Shown: piece after piece, positions 1 to 13,104 of the stretch
Layout of the letters: every line of letters starts with the position of its first letter
Position numbering within the stretch: position 1 is the stretch's first letter
Assembly (NCBI RefSeq): GCF_036321535.1
Contig: NC_087438.1
Location: 3,660,001 to 3,724,000 of the forward strand
Length of the DNA: 64,000 nucleotides
DNA from: Camelus dromedarius
Taxonomy: Eukaryota
Direction: 5' to 3'
Program-made: the position numbers and the translations under genes
The notes under the pieces: generated by a model
Databases searched by the model: none
What the model saw: only the letters and a program-made list of their open reading frames with translations
Told to the model about the DNA's origin: nothing

Positions 1-1480
1 TGGAGGGAGTCCCCGGCGACTCCCCACACCCAGGTCGCCGCTTTGTCCCTGGCCCTCTCCCGGCCCCAGCCCTCGGTCAGGGGCTGCTGGCGCACCCTGA
101 GCAGGCAGAGTGTCTGCTCAGTCCTCCTGGGGCAGCCCAGAGCCCTTCAGGAGCTGACCTCAAGATCCTGTCTTCTGTTTAACCATCTTCGTTGAGCGGT
201 TGTGACGTGGAAACAGCATCACGCGGAGACGAGCGGGGCCCGGCCGGCCCCCCAGCTGCTCGCCCTCTCCCTGCGGCCTGGGCTTCAGCGCCCTGCCGCT
301 GCCCCGCTTCCCGAGCCCGCCCCCTGCACGCGGGCTCCCGGCTGCGCTCGGCCTCCTCTGGAGGAGGGAAGGCTCGGTTCTTCTCAGTTCCGGTGTGAAG
401 TAAGAACTTAAACGAAAGTTGCTGAATATATTTTTAGTCATTAACCTGCCTAGATTCAGCCCAGCTTTTCAGACTTAAACTGTAAATATTTTGCTAACAG
501 CTTTCCCTCTGACTTGCTCGTCGTGCAGCCTGGGCAGGGCAGTGAGCACTCATGGTGCTCTGTCTAAGGGCTGCCTTCTCTTGCTAGTGTGTGGAGAGAA
601 GTGTCTATTTAAGGTCATTTTTTAAAGGGATCTAAAATGCCTGTGAGACTATATGAATCTTTTAGAGCAGACTTCCTTTCCAAGTGTGTTTTCCATGTGA
701 CAAAAATATTTTCCTCCAGTAAGTGATGGGACGTGATAATCGGGTGAAGAAATGCCCGAGCTTGTTAGAGGAGTCAGGAGAGGGCTGTTACTGTGGTGTT
801 CGTGGGGTTTTGCTTTTCACAGCAATTGTAATGAACGTATTCAGATAAAGTCAGTACTGCTCAGATTCTTAATAGTATATTTGAACCATTCAGTGCCTCA
901 GAACCAAAAACTCGAGTTAAGAATTTGCTGTAGACCCACAGAAAGGTTATGCAAATAGCTGAACGGTAGACCTGCAATAAAGACACTGGGACTTGGGACT
1001 GTTGGCTTAGGGAGAGGGAGTGCCAGGCAGAAGGAGCAGCAGTATAGAAGCATCCAGAAGACCGCCCCTGCCCCAGATGAAGGGGCCAGTGTGAGCTGTA
1101 CTCGAGGTGAAACCTGGTCCAAGTCTCTGAAACTTCAGTGCTGCTGAGCGTTAAAGAGCAAGGGACCGCGGCCTCTCCCGCTCAAGGCCTGGGCGGCGGG
1201 CTGTTGCCTGACTAGAGTCTGGCTGGCTGGGGTTAGGACTGGAGCGGGTTCTCAGGGCCTGCGGCCGTTCTCTGGTCTCACAGGTAGTGGCCTGGACACA
1301 CACGCTCCTGCACTTCTCCGTGACTCTGACAGTACTGAAGGGACAGCACCTTTTTACAAAACGTGTTTCAATTTCAAGAAACAAAAGCTCTCAGTAGATT
1401 ATTTATTTTGAGCATTTCGTTGACAGTAGTTGTAAATTTGGTAATGATTTTTCTCTCTTCACTGCACGCTTTAAATAAAG

Positions 1481-1563
1481 AGGCTGCCGTCAAGCAAACT
1501 CAGGACTTCAAGCAACTGAGGAATGAAAAGAAAATACTTGAAAAGGAATTTAAGAAGACACAG
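1481..1563 (+). CDS. ICE1: ICE1 coding exon (~exon 8), coiled-coil (E)AAVKQTQDFKQLRNEKKILEKEFKKTQ
   Basis: aaag|AG acceptor, CAG|gtaata donor; phase 1 to 0. Confidence 0.92.
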
Positions 1564-1747
1564 GTAATAGCTAGCAGGGGTGCACACGTGTGCCCGGTTC
1601 CTGGCCCCAGGGCCCCCTCGCGCCCCGGTTGTGCGGGGGTCCGAGCGAGGCCCCGGCGAGGACAGCGGCGCCCTCCCCTCTCGCGCCCTGTCTGGAGCGC
1701 TGCATCCTGCACCCGCTGCAGACCCTGCTGGTGTTTTGTTTTTGCAG

Positions 1748-1787
1748 GAAAGGCTGGATGAATTTTCTAAACAGAAAAATGAAAAGG
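1748..1787 (+). CDS. ICE1: ICE1 coding exon (~exon 9) ERLDEFSKQKNEK
   Basis: ttttgcag|GAA acceptor, G|gtgagt donor; phase 0 to 1. Confidence 0.93.
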
Positions 1788-1875
1788 GTGAGTGTTCAGT
1801 TAATACTTATTTAAAAGTTCTATTTTGACCTGCAGTTTTTTTTTTTTTTAAACTGTTATTTCCCCACATTTTTAG

Positions 1876-1932
1876 AATTGAGACACATTGGAACACAGAT
1901 TTCAAGTGATTCTTACGGAAGTATCGATAAGA
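1876..1932 (+). CDS. ICE1: ICE1 coding exon (~exon 10) ELRHIGTQISSDSYGSIDK
   Basis: tttttag|AA acceptor, A|gtgagt donor; phase 1 to 1; not in the ORF track; preceded by an 88-nt intron. Confidence 0.93.
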
Positions 1933-4399
1933 GTGAGTACATTACGAGTTTAGGTTTAATCTCTGTGCGTTACTTTAGTGGTTTGGGAGGCTGCTTGTTG
2001 CTCTTACCTGTAATTGTGTGAATTCCAGGGTTTGTCCATGTGTTTTGTTAGAAGAAGCCATGTCCTCTTTCCTGTCTTCATCAGCTCCGTGTTTGTTATC
2101 ACCACCTTGCTGTCTGATAGAATAATACAGTGAATGAAAAAGTCAAAAAGCAGTATTGTTTGGGAAAGAAAAATCATAAAAGGTATAATTTCCATAGTCT
2201 TCAATAAATAAGTGTAGTTTTCTCTTTAGATTACAATTTATCAAGTTAATGTATTAAATTTCTTAGGTGCCAGATACATAAAAATGGTGAAATTCAGGCA
2301 GGCAAACTGTGGAGCCAAAGCCGGATGGTGTTTCTGGAAGACAGGAGGGTCAGGGAAGGCCCCTTGCAGCTGCAGGGAGCGGGGCAGTGGTGGCAGGGCG
2401 GGGCGTCCCCGGCGCTCCGGAGCTCGTGGGGCGGCAGGGCCGTGCAGATGGGCGGGTGTGGCTCCGCGCGGGGGCTGGAGTTTTCACAGGGGTGTTTCTG
2501 TTTGTTGTGTGACCCTGGCCAGCGGCTTCCCTTCTTTGTGTTTTCATTCCTGATGTTGGAAAGGAGATGATGAATTTCTGCTCTGCCTATCTTGCACATT
2601 TTTGGTAGAGATTGATTCAAAATGGTAAAGAAGTAAATGATGGCATTTTCATGTCACTCATGTTTTCTCCAAATGGAAGTTATTAAAACCACTTACATTG
2701 TTTTGTGCGGGTACGTAGTGTCCCTTCAGAAATCTCCTTCACTTTCAGCTTCTTTTCCTTCGTTTTTTTTTTTTTTTTTTTTTTTCCTTTCTTTTCCCTG
2801 TGGCCCAAGGCTTAAGACTTGGACAGTTCACACCTGTCAGTTGCCTGGGCCCTGATTCTCTGTTGATCGCTGTCCCTGATACATAATTCCATGTGCTTTT
2901 GACTCTTCTTCCTACTCTTGTGTGTGGAAAGTGAGACTTTGAGAAATAGAGGACTTGGCTTTCCCAACTCACAGTCAGCTGTTGAGTGTAACCACCTCTG
3001 CACAGACAGGTTTGCTTCAGGGTTTGGCGCTTCTCCGGCTTCCCTGTTAAAACAGAGCCCTACCCCTCCGTAGTCTGTCTCTAGCCTTACATTCTGTTTC
3101 ATTTTCTTCAAAGAACTAGTTACTGTCTCAAGTAAAATCTCTCTCCTTTTTTTTTTTTTTAAATCTACCCTCAGTGTGAGAGAGTGGATATTCTTTATTG
3201 TACATTTTACTTTTTCCAAATAAATGAATGAAGTCTTTAGGAATCTGTTGATTATTTAGCTGTGGGCCTTGGTGGGTTTAATTCCTAATTCTTGTGTATA
3301 TCTTTAACACTTTTCTCTGTTAATGCCTGACTTCTGAATGAGATTTAAAGTGAGGCAGAAAGAGTGTTGGGTTGGCTTCACTTTTAAAAAGACTGCCTAA
3401 GTGCTATGTTTGTCTGCCTGCTTTCCTTTCAGATTCCAATAAAAAAATGGCAGAAGATTTTTTTAAAAAAGAATAGCTCTCCTTTATCCTTAAAAAGTGC
3501 TAGAAATTAATGAGGAAGATGTAAAGCAGAATGATGTCAGCTGGTGATGAAACCCAAATTACAGAGAAAACAGCAGCCCTCAGAAAGCAGGTTTTCACTG
3601 CAGGAGCCTGTGTCTCCCCAAATCTGAGGTGGCAGGAGTGGGGAGGGAGCAGGGCCTTAGCAGTTTGCCCTGGATTGATTGATTAGGGGGTCAAAAATCT
3701 ATAGCCTTATGGTTTCAGGAACAGTTTCTGGTGAGTCCTACAGGGTGTGGCCCGACATTTAGTTCTCTGAAGTGTTAGGACGTGAGGGGGCCCAGAGTGG
3801 GTGTGGATGTCAGGAAATTGTATTAATTATATGGCTGCTTTGAGGGATAGCCTCTTGTGTTCATTCCTAGAAAATGGGACATTTGTGTGTGTGTGCTGTC
3901 AGTCCTCACAGCTGCCTTCGCCCTGCTCCCCTCCTCCTGAAGGCAGGGTCCCATAGGTTTCATCTAGAACCGAGAAAAAGCAGGGACGGGAAAGAAAGGC
4001 GCCAGACTCAAGAAAAAACTGGTCTCTGAAGAGGTGATATCCTTAGAGAGTGTCTAGGAACATACCTGTAGGCTCTGCTGTGAAATCTGAGTTGGGGGTC
4101 CTCAAATACTAACCATACGATTGTAGAAATAAACCCACTAGAAAGGCTGGATTGTTGAGTGGACAAATAGAAGATTGCTGCAGTGAACCAAGAAATTTAG
4201 TCGTGGTCGTCTCTGAGAAAGTGCTGTAAAACGACAAGGTAAGGAAAGGTATAAGGGAAAATCTGAGACTGGAGTCATGCAGCCAGGTGTTGTAATTGTT
4301 ATCTCGGACTTTTCAGAGGTGAGGACAGGGTGTAAGGAGAGAATGTGATCGAGAAATAATAGAAAGAAACCTCCCAGAGCAGAGCGCGGGTGTAATGCT

Positions 4400-6170
4400 T
4401 CGTTAGAAAATCCTCCAGCCATAGAGCGTGTTTGTTACGTGCAGCCTCCACCTGATCTTGTCATAGGAAATGCATTTCAGATCAAGTGAAGCAGAAAGAT
4501 TGAATATAGGGGGATAGGAAAAAAAAATTCCAAGCAGATACTAACTTGAAAGTAGTAATAAAGGCAAAAAAATTCAAGCCTAGAAATGAATTTCCGGGGA
4601 TTAAAAGGAAATGTCTAGACTGAGTAAAGGTGCAGTTCATCCAGAAGCTGCTGCTCTCATGCCCTTCGAGCGTGAAGCTGCATCCAGTGACATGCTTGGA
4701 CGTTCTGGGGGGCGTAGCCTGATCTGTTTTCACGGGAGGCCTCCGTGTGTTTCTCAGAATATAGAATAAAAGCAGACAAAGTAAGGGATAGAACTGGACT
4801 CCTAATTACACAATGGAAGATTTACATACAGCTCTTTTAAACCACAGACTTTGACGTCTTTAAAATACTTTTCAAACATGTGAAAGATGACTATTTACTA
4901 GGCAACAAGAAGCTACAATCTAATACGAGATACTAAGATACTGATAAGTCATAAAATAGTAATAAAAATCTTTCCCACCTGCCCCCCAAGAGACCTGATA
5001 ACTGAACACACATAAACACAAACAAACCCCTCTTGGGCAACAACAACAACAACAAAAAGAACCAAAAATACCAAGCTGTTTTAGAAATAAAAGTAGGGCA
5101 ATATTTACTAAAATCCTTGAGGTACTGCCAATATGGGATTCAATGAATGGTTTTGATCTTAGGCTATTATTTTGGAAAGCAGGAATTACGGAAAATGAAT
5201 GACTAAGAAGATAGGAAAATGCAACAGAAACGTAAGCGAAGTAGGAAGAGGGAATTGGTGAAGGGGAAAACGTAGTATGCTACTGAAATAGAAAAGAAAG
5301 CAGTTGGTTTGGGACCATTAAACGTATCAGCTGGGTCTTCACACTGCTGGTGAGACTGACAACCCTCTAACAAATCGGACTAAGAGAGGAAGGAACAAAA
5401 AGCCAGTAGCACCAAGACTGAGAAGGCTATGAAACTACATTTGGAGAATTTCTTAATTTAGAAATTTATATTCAAATTTGATCATGTTCATAAAATGGCT
5501 CATTTTGTAGGAAAACATACTCAAATTGACACAGACAATCCTGAACAGAAAAATAACCCAGAATAAATTTTAAAAAATAGGTAAGACCCAGCACCATGGA
5601 AGATGCAGGTGGCTTGCAGGTGAGCAAACCTTCAGTGAAAAACTGATGTCTTTATTATTATTTTGCTTGTTTAAGAACTTACAAGAATATGGAATGCTGT
5701 CATTCTCCTTAGACTAGTGTAACCCTGTACCAAAGCCAATTAAGAATAACATGCATACGTATCTTCAAGACTCACAACTCTGTCACCTAGGATTAAAGCT
5801 GCAAAAATACTAAATAAAATCTTGAGAATATGAGTTTATGAGTAATTTAGAATATGGACAAATTATGGCTTAAGGATTTATCACAGGAATACTGTAGCAA
5901 CTGGTCAAAAGAAAATGATACGATCATCTCAATTCAGTACCCGTTCCTCATTAAAAAAAAAAATTGGTGCGGTAATAATAGAAAAAACCACTTTGAACTT
6001 GAGAGAGCATAGTGGGTGCTGTCAGAAAGAAGGCAGACCTGCCACGTTCCGTCCCTCTGCGTGCTGGAGACCTGAGCAGCGCGACGGAGCGGATGCAAAG
6101 CAGGTGCTGCGTGTGCTAGTAGGGAGAGTCCAACTGTCATTCTTTTAAACCATGTCTGTGTAGAAAGTGG
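4400..6170 (+). mobile_element. Old degraded LINE-1 (L1M-type) ORF1/ORF2 remnants
   Basis: A-rich strand with L1 ORF2-like fragments (ggatttatcacaggaat, atgatacgatcatctcaat, atgtctgtgtagaaa). Confidence 0.55.
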
Positions 6171-6171
6171 G

Positions 6172-6940
6172 ATTCAGAAGTCCACAAATGACAAATGCTG
6201 GAGAGGCGGTGGAGAAAGGGGAACCCTCCTACACTGCTGGTGGGAATGCAGTTTGGTGCAGCCACTGTGGAAAACAGGATGGAGATTCCTCAAAAGACTG
6301 GAAATAAACTTACCGTGTGACCCAGGAATCCCGCTTCTGGGCATATATCCAGAAGGAACCCTACTTCAGGATGACACCTGCACCCCAATGTTCATAGCAG
6401 CTCTCTTTACATTAGCCAAGACATGGAAACAGCCTAAATGTCCATCAACAGATGACTGGATAAAGAAAATTTGGTACATTTACACAATGGAATACTATTC
6501 AGCTGTAAAAACGACAACGTAACGCCATTTGCAGCAACATGGATGTTACTGGAGAATGTCATTCTAAGTGAAGTAAGCCAGAAAGAGAGAGAAAAATACC
6601 GTATGAGATCACTCATATGGAATCTAAAAAGAAAAAAAAAAAAGAACATAAATACGAAACAGAAACAGACTCGTAGACATAGAATACAAACTTGTGGTTG
6701 CCAAGGGTGCGGGGGGTGGGAAGGGACAGACTGGGATTTCAAAATCTGTAGATACTGACAGGCATATGCAGAATAGATAAACAAGATTATACTGTATAGC
6801 ACAGGGAAATATATACAAGATCTTGTGGTAGCTCACAGAGGAAAAATTGTGACAATATATGTATGTTCATGTATAACTGAAAAATTGTGCTCTACACTGG
6901 AATCTGACATAACATAACTCAATAAAAAAAGTTAAAAAAT
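6172..6940 (+). mobile_element. Young 5'-truncated LINE-1 (camelid-type), ORF2 C-terminus plus 3'UTR and A tail
   Basis: ORFs 6253 and 6471 give the L1 ORF2 C-terminus (CTPMFIAALFTLAKTWKQPKCPS..WIKKIWYIYTMEYYSA / FAATWMLLENVILSEVSQ) across a frameshift; ends in AATAAA plus A-rich tail. Confidence 0.92.
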
Positions 6941-8027
6941 TATAAAACTGTCGTGATTAAGGAAGCATGCTTTTCATGTGGAAACTGACAAATCAGTGGA
7001 GTAGGAAAGTCTAGAAATACTGCACTCATAGATTTCTAGATTTTGATAAAGGAGGCATTTTAAGGAATTGGGGGAGGCCTGTGGTTCAGCTGAGAGATTT
7101 TCGCAACTAAGTAATGATGCCACAATGAAGTGGTTTTTTTGTTTTGTTTTTGTTTTTTCTGCTTTGCTGAGAATGGATAGCTCTTTTTTGTCAGATTGGA
7201 AGTAATGAACGAGTGCTTGGTTAGAGTAAGCATAGCTCTGGTTAACAGACTCCATAAGGGCAGAAAAGTAACTTTTTTTCTTTTCTTTTAAGGTTCCTTG
7301 TTTGCTGCTTTGGGTATACGTAATAAGCAGGGATCCTGGTCAGGTCATTTAAGCAAAGGGGATTACAGTATTTGGAAGCAGGCTTTTGGGTAGGTTAAAT
7401 CACAACGTAGATAAACTACTTGGTCATAGAATTTTTAAACTCTAAAACTAATGCACCTCACACACACAGTGACAGTGGCTGACATGGCTCAGGAGAGGTT
7501 GGAAATGTCCAACTTTTCAAACGTCTCTGTTATTGTGTCCCCATGGGTCCTGGCCTCTTTCTCTGGACTTCACTTCTTGGAGTGATGTAATTTGCCATCT
7601 TAAATAGGGCTGACTTATTCTAAAATCTGTGATTCCTTAGAGATATTTTGGTTTAAAAGGTTGGTCTTTTTAGCCTCTCTACAACTGGATTAAAGATTTC
7701 AGTATTTTCAATAAATGATTCTGTTTAATTTAAGAACTTTAAGTAAACTGTGATAGAACTTTGAGGTAGCCTGAAATTACCTAATACTTACTGCTATTTT
7801 TAGTTTAATGAGTGTGGATTGCCTTTTAAATGTATTATTTGACATAAACTATTGATCTTTATAGTTTTATGAATTTTTTTTTTTTTTTTTTGCTTTGGAA
7901 GGTTTTTGGGAATTTGTGTTCTTAATGTTAAATTTGCTCTAAACCCATAGCATACTGTTCTTAAATGTAACGTGACTTTGATTAGGCCTGTCTTGGTTAC
8001 AGTTGCCCTTTGCCTTTCAACTTGAAC

Positions 8028-8258
8028 CAGTGGTTCTTAAGCATTTTAGGAATTCAGACCCCTTTGAAAAATCTTTATAAAAATTCTCAAGCTTTCACTT
8101 TCCTTACAGAAGCATATGCTTCTTTCTGTGTGTCTGCTCATGTGTGTGATTCTCTCTCCCTGTCCTTAAGTTCCTACACACGCATTTTTGTCTCCCTTCA
8201 TTTTCCCTTAAGGCCATTAAAGAATTTTCCAAGATCTGTGAAGCCCCTAGGTTAATTA
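8028..8258. mobile_element. hAT-Charlie-like non-autonomous DNA transposon fossil
   Basis: Starts CAGTGGTTCTTAA...GACCCCTTTGA, ends CCCCTAGGTTAA, resembling Charlie-type termini. Confidence 0.5.
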
Positions 8259-8708
8259 CAGCTTTTCTGATAACCTCCTGGAACTGAGGAAATACCTCTC
8301 TACTGTTCTGGAATCTCTTATATTCGTCGTTACCCCTGTGCTTCTCCCCACCCCCAAATTTCATATCACTGTAGAAAATATGTAGACCAGAAACTTACCT
8401 ATCCCATGCATACTTAAAGGTGATCAAAGCTTCTAGCAACAAATAGATTTGGTCTTCTGAGTCCTAATGCTGTCTGCACCGCCCACCCCACCCGCCCCCA
8501 GTAGAAGACCCAAGCTTGTGTTCAGCCTTCAATCAGTAGACCTTTCCATCAATAGCTTAACCAAATTGTCTGCAAGGGTTGAATTTGGGAAAGATGTTTA
8601 AGTCACCTAGTATTCTAAATTCCTAATAAATCCTGATTTCACCAGAGTAGTTTTGGCCTTGTATAGAATGGCCAAATGACATGACTTTACTATTTTACTC
8701 TTTCGCAG

Positions 8709-8795
8709 GAAAAGTAAAACTGCTTCTGAAGGAACTCTGGCTCTGTGTAAACACAACACGCAGACTTCCTGGTGAAGGCAGAGGATGTGTCCCAG
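8709..8795 (+). CDS. ICE1: ICE1 coding exon (~exon 11) RKVKLLLKELWLCVNTTRRLPGEGRGCVP
   Basis: tttcgcag|GA acceptor, G|gtgaga donor; phase 1 to 1. Confidence 0.93.
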
Positions 8796-9149
8796 GTGAG
8801 AGAGAAGCTTCTGGAAGGACATTTCATACATGCAGTAGGAATGTTTACCGTGGACACTGTATGCCTTTAATTTTTCACATCTCTTGAATCTTGCATTGAA
8901 AGACTGAGATAAACTAGGATGTACTTTTAACCATACAAAGCTCTGTTTCCTTCAGCATGACTTCCAGGCTCAGTGAATGCATTTGGTTTTTAATTTAATA
9001 GTAGCTTTCATCAGGGAACATTTATGGGATCCAGAAGGACACTTGGGGGAGGCATATATGGCAGGCGTGTGTAGAGCCACGTGTGTCGTTTCCCATCCCA
9101 GGACCCACTTTGCATTTAGCGGTCATTCTTCGTTTCCTTCCCCCTACCC

Positions 9150-9900
9150 CGGGTCTGGCGGTTCATCAGTCTTTCCTTGTCTCAGGTTTTCGACGCTTTT
9201 GGAGAATACGAGTCATTTGGTAGAAAGCCTGTTTGCTTAGCTGATGTTTTCTCGTGTTCGAGTGAGTCTGTGTTGTTGGCCAGAGTTCCCCAGCGGGATA
9301 CTGGGGAAGGGATGTGTCTGTGCGTTACTGCTGGGGATGTTAACCTTGACTGACTGTTTAAGGTGGTGTTGGCCAGGCTTCTCCGATGTGAAGCTACTCT
9401 TCCTTATTCGTCGATTAACTATCTTGAGGGAGATTCTTTGACACTGCAGGCGTTCTGTTTCTCCCCAGCTCGAGCCCTCCGATTTTGTCACCTGTGGATG
9501 CATCCTGTCTGCTACGACTGCTGCTTTGTCTAATAGTGGTTTTTACATTTCCCTCCTACGTGGCAGTTGGAGCTCTGTGAGGAAGAGCTGTACTTTTTCA
9601 CCATTTATTTATTCATTCACTTATTTCTGTCAGTGTAGTCTTACAGATACCTGTTTTATTCTAAACGCTGTAATTCAGTACTTACGTTATTTCATTTTTC
9701 AGATTGTACCAGACTTGGTTAGTGGGAGCGTCTTCAGTTTGGCTCTTTGGCTCCTGGGTCTTCCTGCGTTTCCGTCTGTTCGGGCTTTTTTACCCCCGGT
9801 CCTGCAGGGTGTTTCAGGCTCAGCTTGTGTTTTCCCCTCCCCAGTTCTGTGATCAGCCACTTCTCCAAGGAGCCCTGAGTTCTTCTGTGAAGTGTGTTTT
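9150..9900 (-). mobile_element. Old L1 (L1MC/ME-like) 3' fragment
   Basis: T-rich sequence with blocks such as gatgttaaccttga..aggtggtgttggccaggcttctcc. Confidence 0.5.
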
Positions 9901-10515
9901 TACAGCTTTCAAATATGACAAATGGTTATTTCTGGTTATTTCCCAGGACACGGTGTTTTTGCTAGCAGTTAGCACTGCTGCAGTTTACCAAAATCAGACC
10001 CCAAAGGGTTTTTGGTGATCTTCCCGCTACGCCTTAATGCAGAGCATTTGGGTGGCCTAGTCAAGTCCCTTAGAGCACTGCACAAATACGGTCACGGGCA
10101 GGCGTGATACAAGTGGATTTTACACAGAGACAGCAGCATTCCCTGTCCACACTCGTGCAGAGAGCCGCTCCTCCCGAGCACGCCTGGCTGGGCGGGAAGA
10201 TGCCCCAAGAGAAAGAGCGCGTCCTTGAGGCCCGTTACCGGCTGGGATGGAGGCCGCTCCACCCGCGCCCCCGCTGCTGACGGGGCCTCCGTCCCTCCGC
10301 CTGCCTGCTCGCGGGCTTGTCGTGGGGGAGGCACACTTAGGTGGAACGTGTTCAGGTCTTAGAGGATAATCTTTGGGTGGGGATTGGTTGCCTTTTAAAA
10401 ACATTACTACTTGGACTTAATATTGCAAGCATTTTTAACTGTTAGAATAAGGTAGTTTTTTTTTTAAGTTCTCTCGATATTGTAAATAATTTGATACTCA
10501 CTTTTTTCCCCACAG

Positions 10516-10904
10516 AAAAATCTGCCATAGAAAACCCCAGAGCCATCGAGCCTGGGGGAGACGGTGCACCCCCTCCCGCAGGGGCTGGCCCTCTCGGCAC
10601 CTCTGCCGTGCAGACTTGCCTGGCGGAGCTGTCCACGGAGGTAGAAGGCCGCTTCCCCCCGCGTGAGGGGCCAGGTGGGGCCGCGTCCCGGGACGGCGGT
10701 GGTTTCAAAGAGGACCGCAATCCAGGGGCCTTGCCGCAGAGGAATGACAGCTCTGCTGACGTTCCTGATCACGACCGATGCTTTGATGAGGATCTGCAGG
10801 CCGCAGTTGACTTCTTCAAGCTCCCCCCTCCTCTTCTGTCTCCGGTGCCATCACCCCCTTTGGTGTCACCACACCCGGGTGCCCTGCGTTCTTCGCTCGT
10901 GTCC
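10516..10904 (+). CDS. ICE1: ICE1 coding exon (~exon 12) EKSAIE...FDEDLQAAVDFFKLPPPLLSPVPSPP...SSLVS
   Basis: ttttttccccacag|AA acceptor, TCC|gtgagt donor; phase 1 to 0. Confidence 0.92.
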
Positions 10905-11399
10905 GTGAGTTGGCGCTTTAGATTCGCGTGACCGAGTGGCCACATTGTCCGTGTCCGCTGTGCTCGAGGAACGGCCGTGGTACTCAGAGCAGACTGAGTT
11001 AGGGAGGAACCCGGGCGCTAACAAGGCGCGCCGCGCCCTCCGGGCCCACGTCTGTGAGGCTTTCCATTTTGCATCGCGCATCTGTATTTGTCTTTATCTA
11101 CGACGGTTCATAAGCCTCTTGTGGGAGGACTGTTTCTTAATTGTTTACTTTTATCTTTAGTGCCTGGCACAGAACAGATAAGGAACGAGTGAATTAAACA
11201 AGTATTTTTAGAGATAGGAACTCCATGTATATAGCGCACAGGCCTGTTAACTTCTGTCACTGATTCGCCACCTTCATGTGATGAATTCATCATGTTTTTG
11301 TGTTTGCAGGTGGTTTATTATAATTTCTTAGTAAGTCAGACTTGACAGAGCATATTTGTGTGTTTTTTGGCTAAGGAACAGATCAGACTCCTTTGAGTC

Positions 11400-12900
11400 C
11401 CTTCATTCAGGAAACATGACGCAAGCCTGTTCGGTTCTAGACACGGGGCTAGGCCCGGGGAGTGCAGCGGTGACATAGGATACGGTTGTCTGTGGTTGGA
11501 TCTTGTGTGGTGGTGGGACTGTTGGGGAGCACTGTGGTGCCAAGACGTGTACCTGCTGGGAAGGGCCTGGACAGAGGCCGGGTGGAGCGGGGCTGGGAGG
11601 TGCTCAGGGAGCTCGCATCCCAGCTGGGGGATTAAGGAGGGAGGGAGGTGCTTCAGGTGGAGGAGCGAACCTCATGCTGGGGAATGGTCAGGCAGACCAG
11701 GTCCCCAAGGGACGTGTATCTGAGAACTTTCAGTTTACCCTGAAGGCAGTGAGAATTCCCGATGGATCCAAAGAAGTGGGCCTAATGCTAGAGTTTCACT
11801 TTGAAGTCTCAGGGGTGTCCCAGCATGAGTGGGTAGGGAATGAGGATAGTGGAGAAAGAGGCAAGAATGGAGCCAGGAAATCGTTTAATCAGCAGTTTCC
11901 TTCTCTCGACACCTGAACCCAGTAGTAACATTGGGGTTAAGGAGGTAGGGACTGGCTTGGAAAAGGTTATGAGGTTGAATAAACAGCATGTCTGTTAGGA
12001 TTTGTAGTGTGATTGTTAGAGGACACAGGGCATCAAGGATGTTGGAAACTAGAATTACGGGAAGAACCCGCTTGGGAGGAGGATGACATAGGAAGTGTGC
12101 GGGATTTCCAGCGGTTCATGTGCAGGGTGCGTTTCCCATCCTCGGGCATGGTGCTTGCAGGTGGGCTGCGGTGGGCGCAGACGCTGGGGTGCAGCGGGAG
12201 CCATGGGAGTGTGTGATGTCATTCCATCCAAATGTGTAGAAGAAGAGAGTAGGGTCCCAGACAGAATCCCGGGGAGCTGTCAGTGCCTACATGGCTGATT
12301 AGAAAAAGAGGAAGAGGAAAAGAGGTTGAAAACAGCGTCAGGACAGTAGAGGGACCAGGAGGTGATGGTGCTCTGGAACCCAAGGGAGGAAAACATTTTC
12401 CCAGTAGGAGTCAGTCTGTGTCCACGGTCCCCTGAACGGGGCAGGGTGGTGCACGGATTGGCTCTCCCGGGAGCCACGTGACGACGGGTTCACTCAAGAT
12501 GGGAGGGGCTGGTTGGGGGTCATGGAGGGTTCCTGGAGCAGAGACGGGGAGCCGGGCTGTGCATGTCTGTTGATAACAGCTGGGTTGCACCTGTTGCTGT
12601 GAGGGAACGAGGCAAGAGACATCCACGGGGTGACCTGCAGAGCCGGGATGCAGAGCCGTGGCCGGGCTCGGTGCTGGGGAGCTGCTGTTCTGGCCACGGG
12701 CCAGACGCTTGGGGAGGTGGAGGAACACGGCGCTGGGCAGCTAGAGCCAAAAGCCATTTTACCAGAGAATGAGGAAGTCAGAGTTGAGAAGGACTGTTTA
12801 GAAGTCAGGAGAACAAAGGTAGCCCATGGCCGCACATGGAGTGGAGCTGGGAAGTGTCACTGATTCGGGAAAAGCAGGGCGAACGTGGGCCTCTGGGCAG
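11400..12900 (-). mobile_element. LINE-2 remnant
   Basis: Starts ttcattca; purine-rich L2-like blocks (gctaggcccggggagtgcagcggtgaca; gatggtgctctggaacccaagggaggaa). Confidence 0.55.
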
Positions 12901-13104
12901 CGGCGGCTTCCGTGAGCGGCAGCGAAGCAGCGCTGTGCCCCACGAGACCTCCCTGCCCCTCCGAGGCCAGGGTGCAGACCACCCTTGCCTCAGACCCTTC
13001 AGGAAGCGTGTACTTTTTTAAAAGATGCATTTAATTGATAGTTATGTTTAGTTGGTTGAATTGGTATATAACTGACTAAGTAGTATAATTCATTTATTTT
13101 TAAG

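Noticed and set aside
1..1480. Additional upstream ICE1 exon or promoter
   Set aside because: No segment translates to the expected preceding coiled-coil peptide; the GC patch at 200-360 is short and intronic
6253..6758. Two protein-like ORFs
   Set aside because: Frameshifted pieces of L1 ORF2 in a 5'-truncated copy
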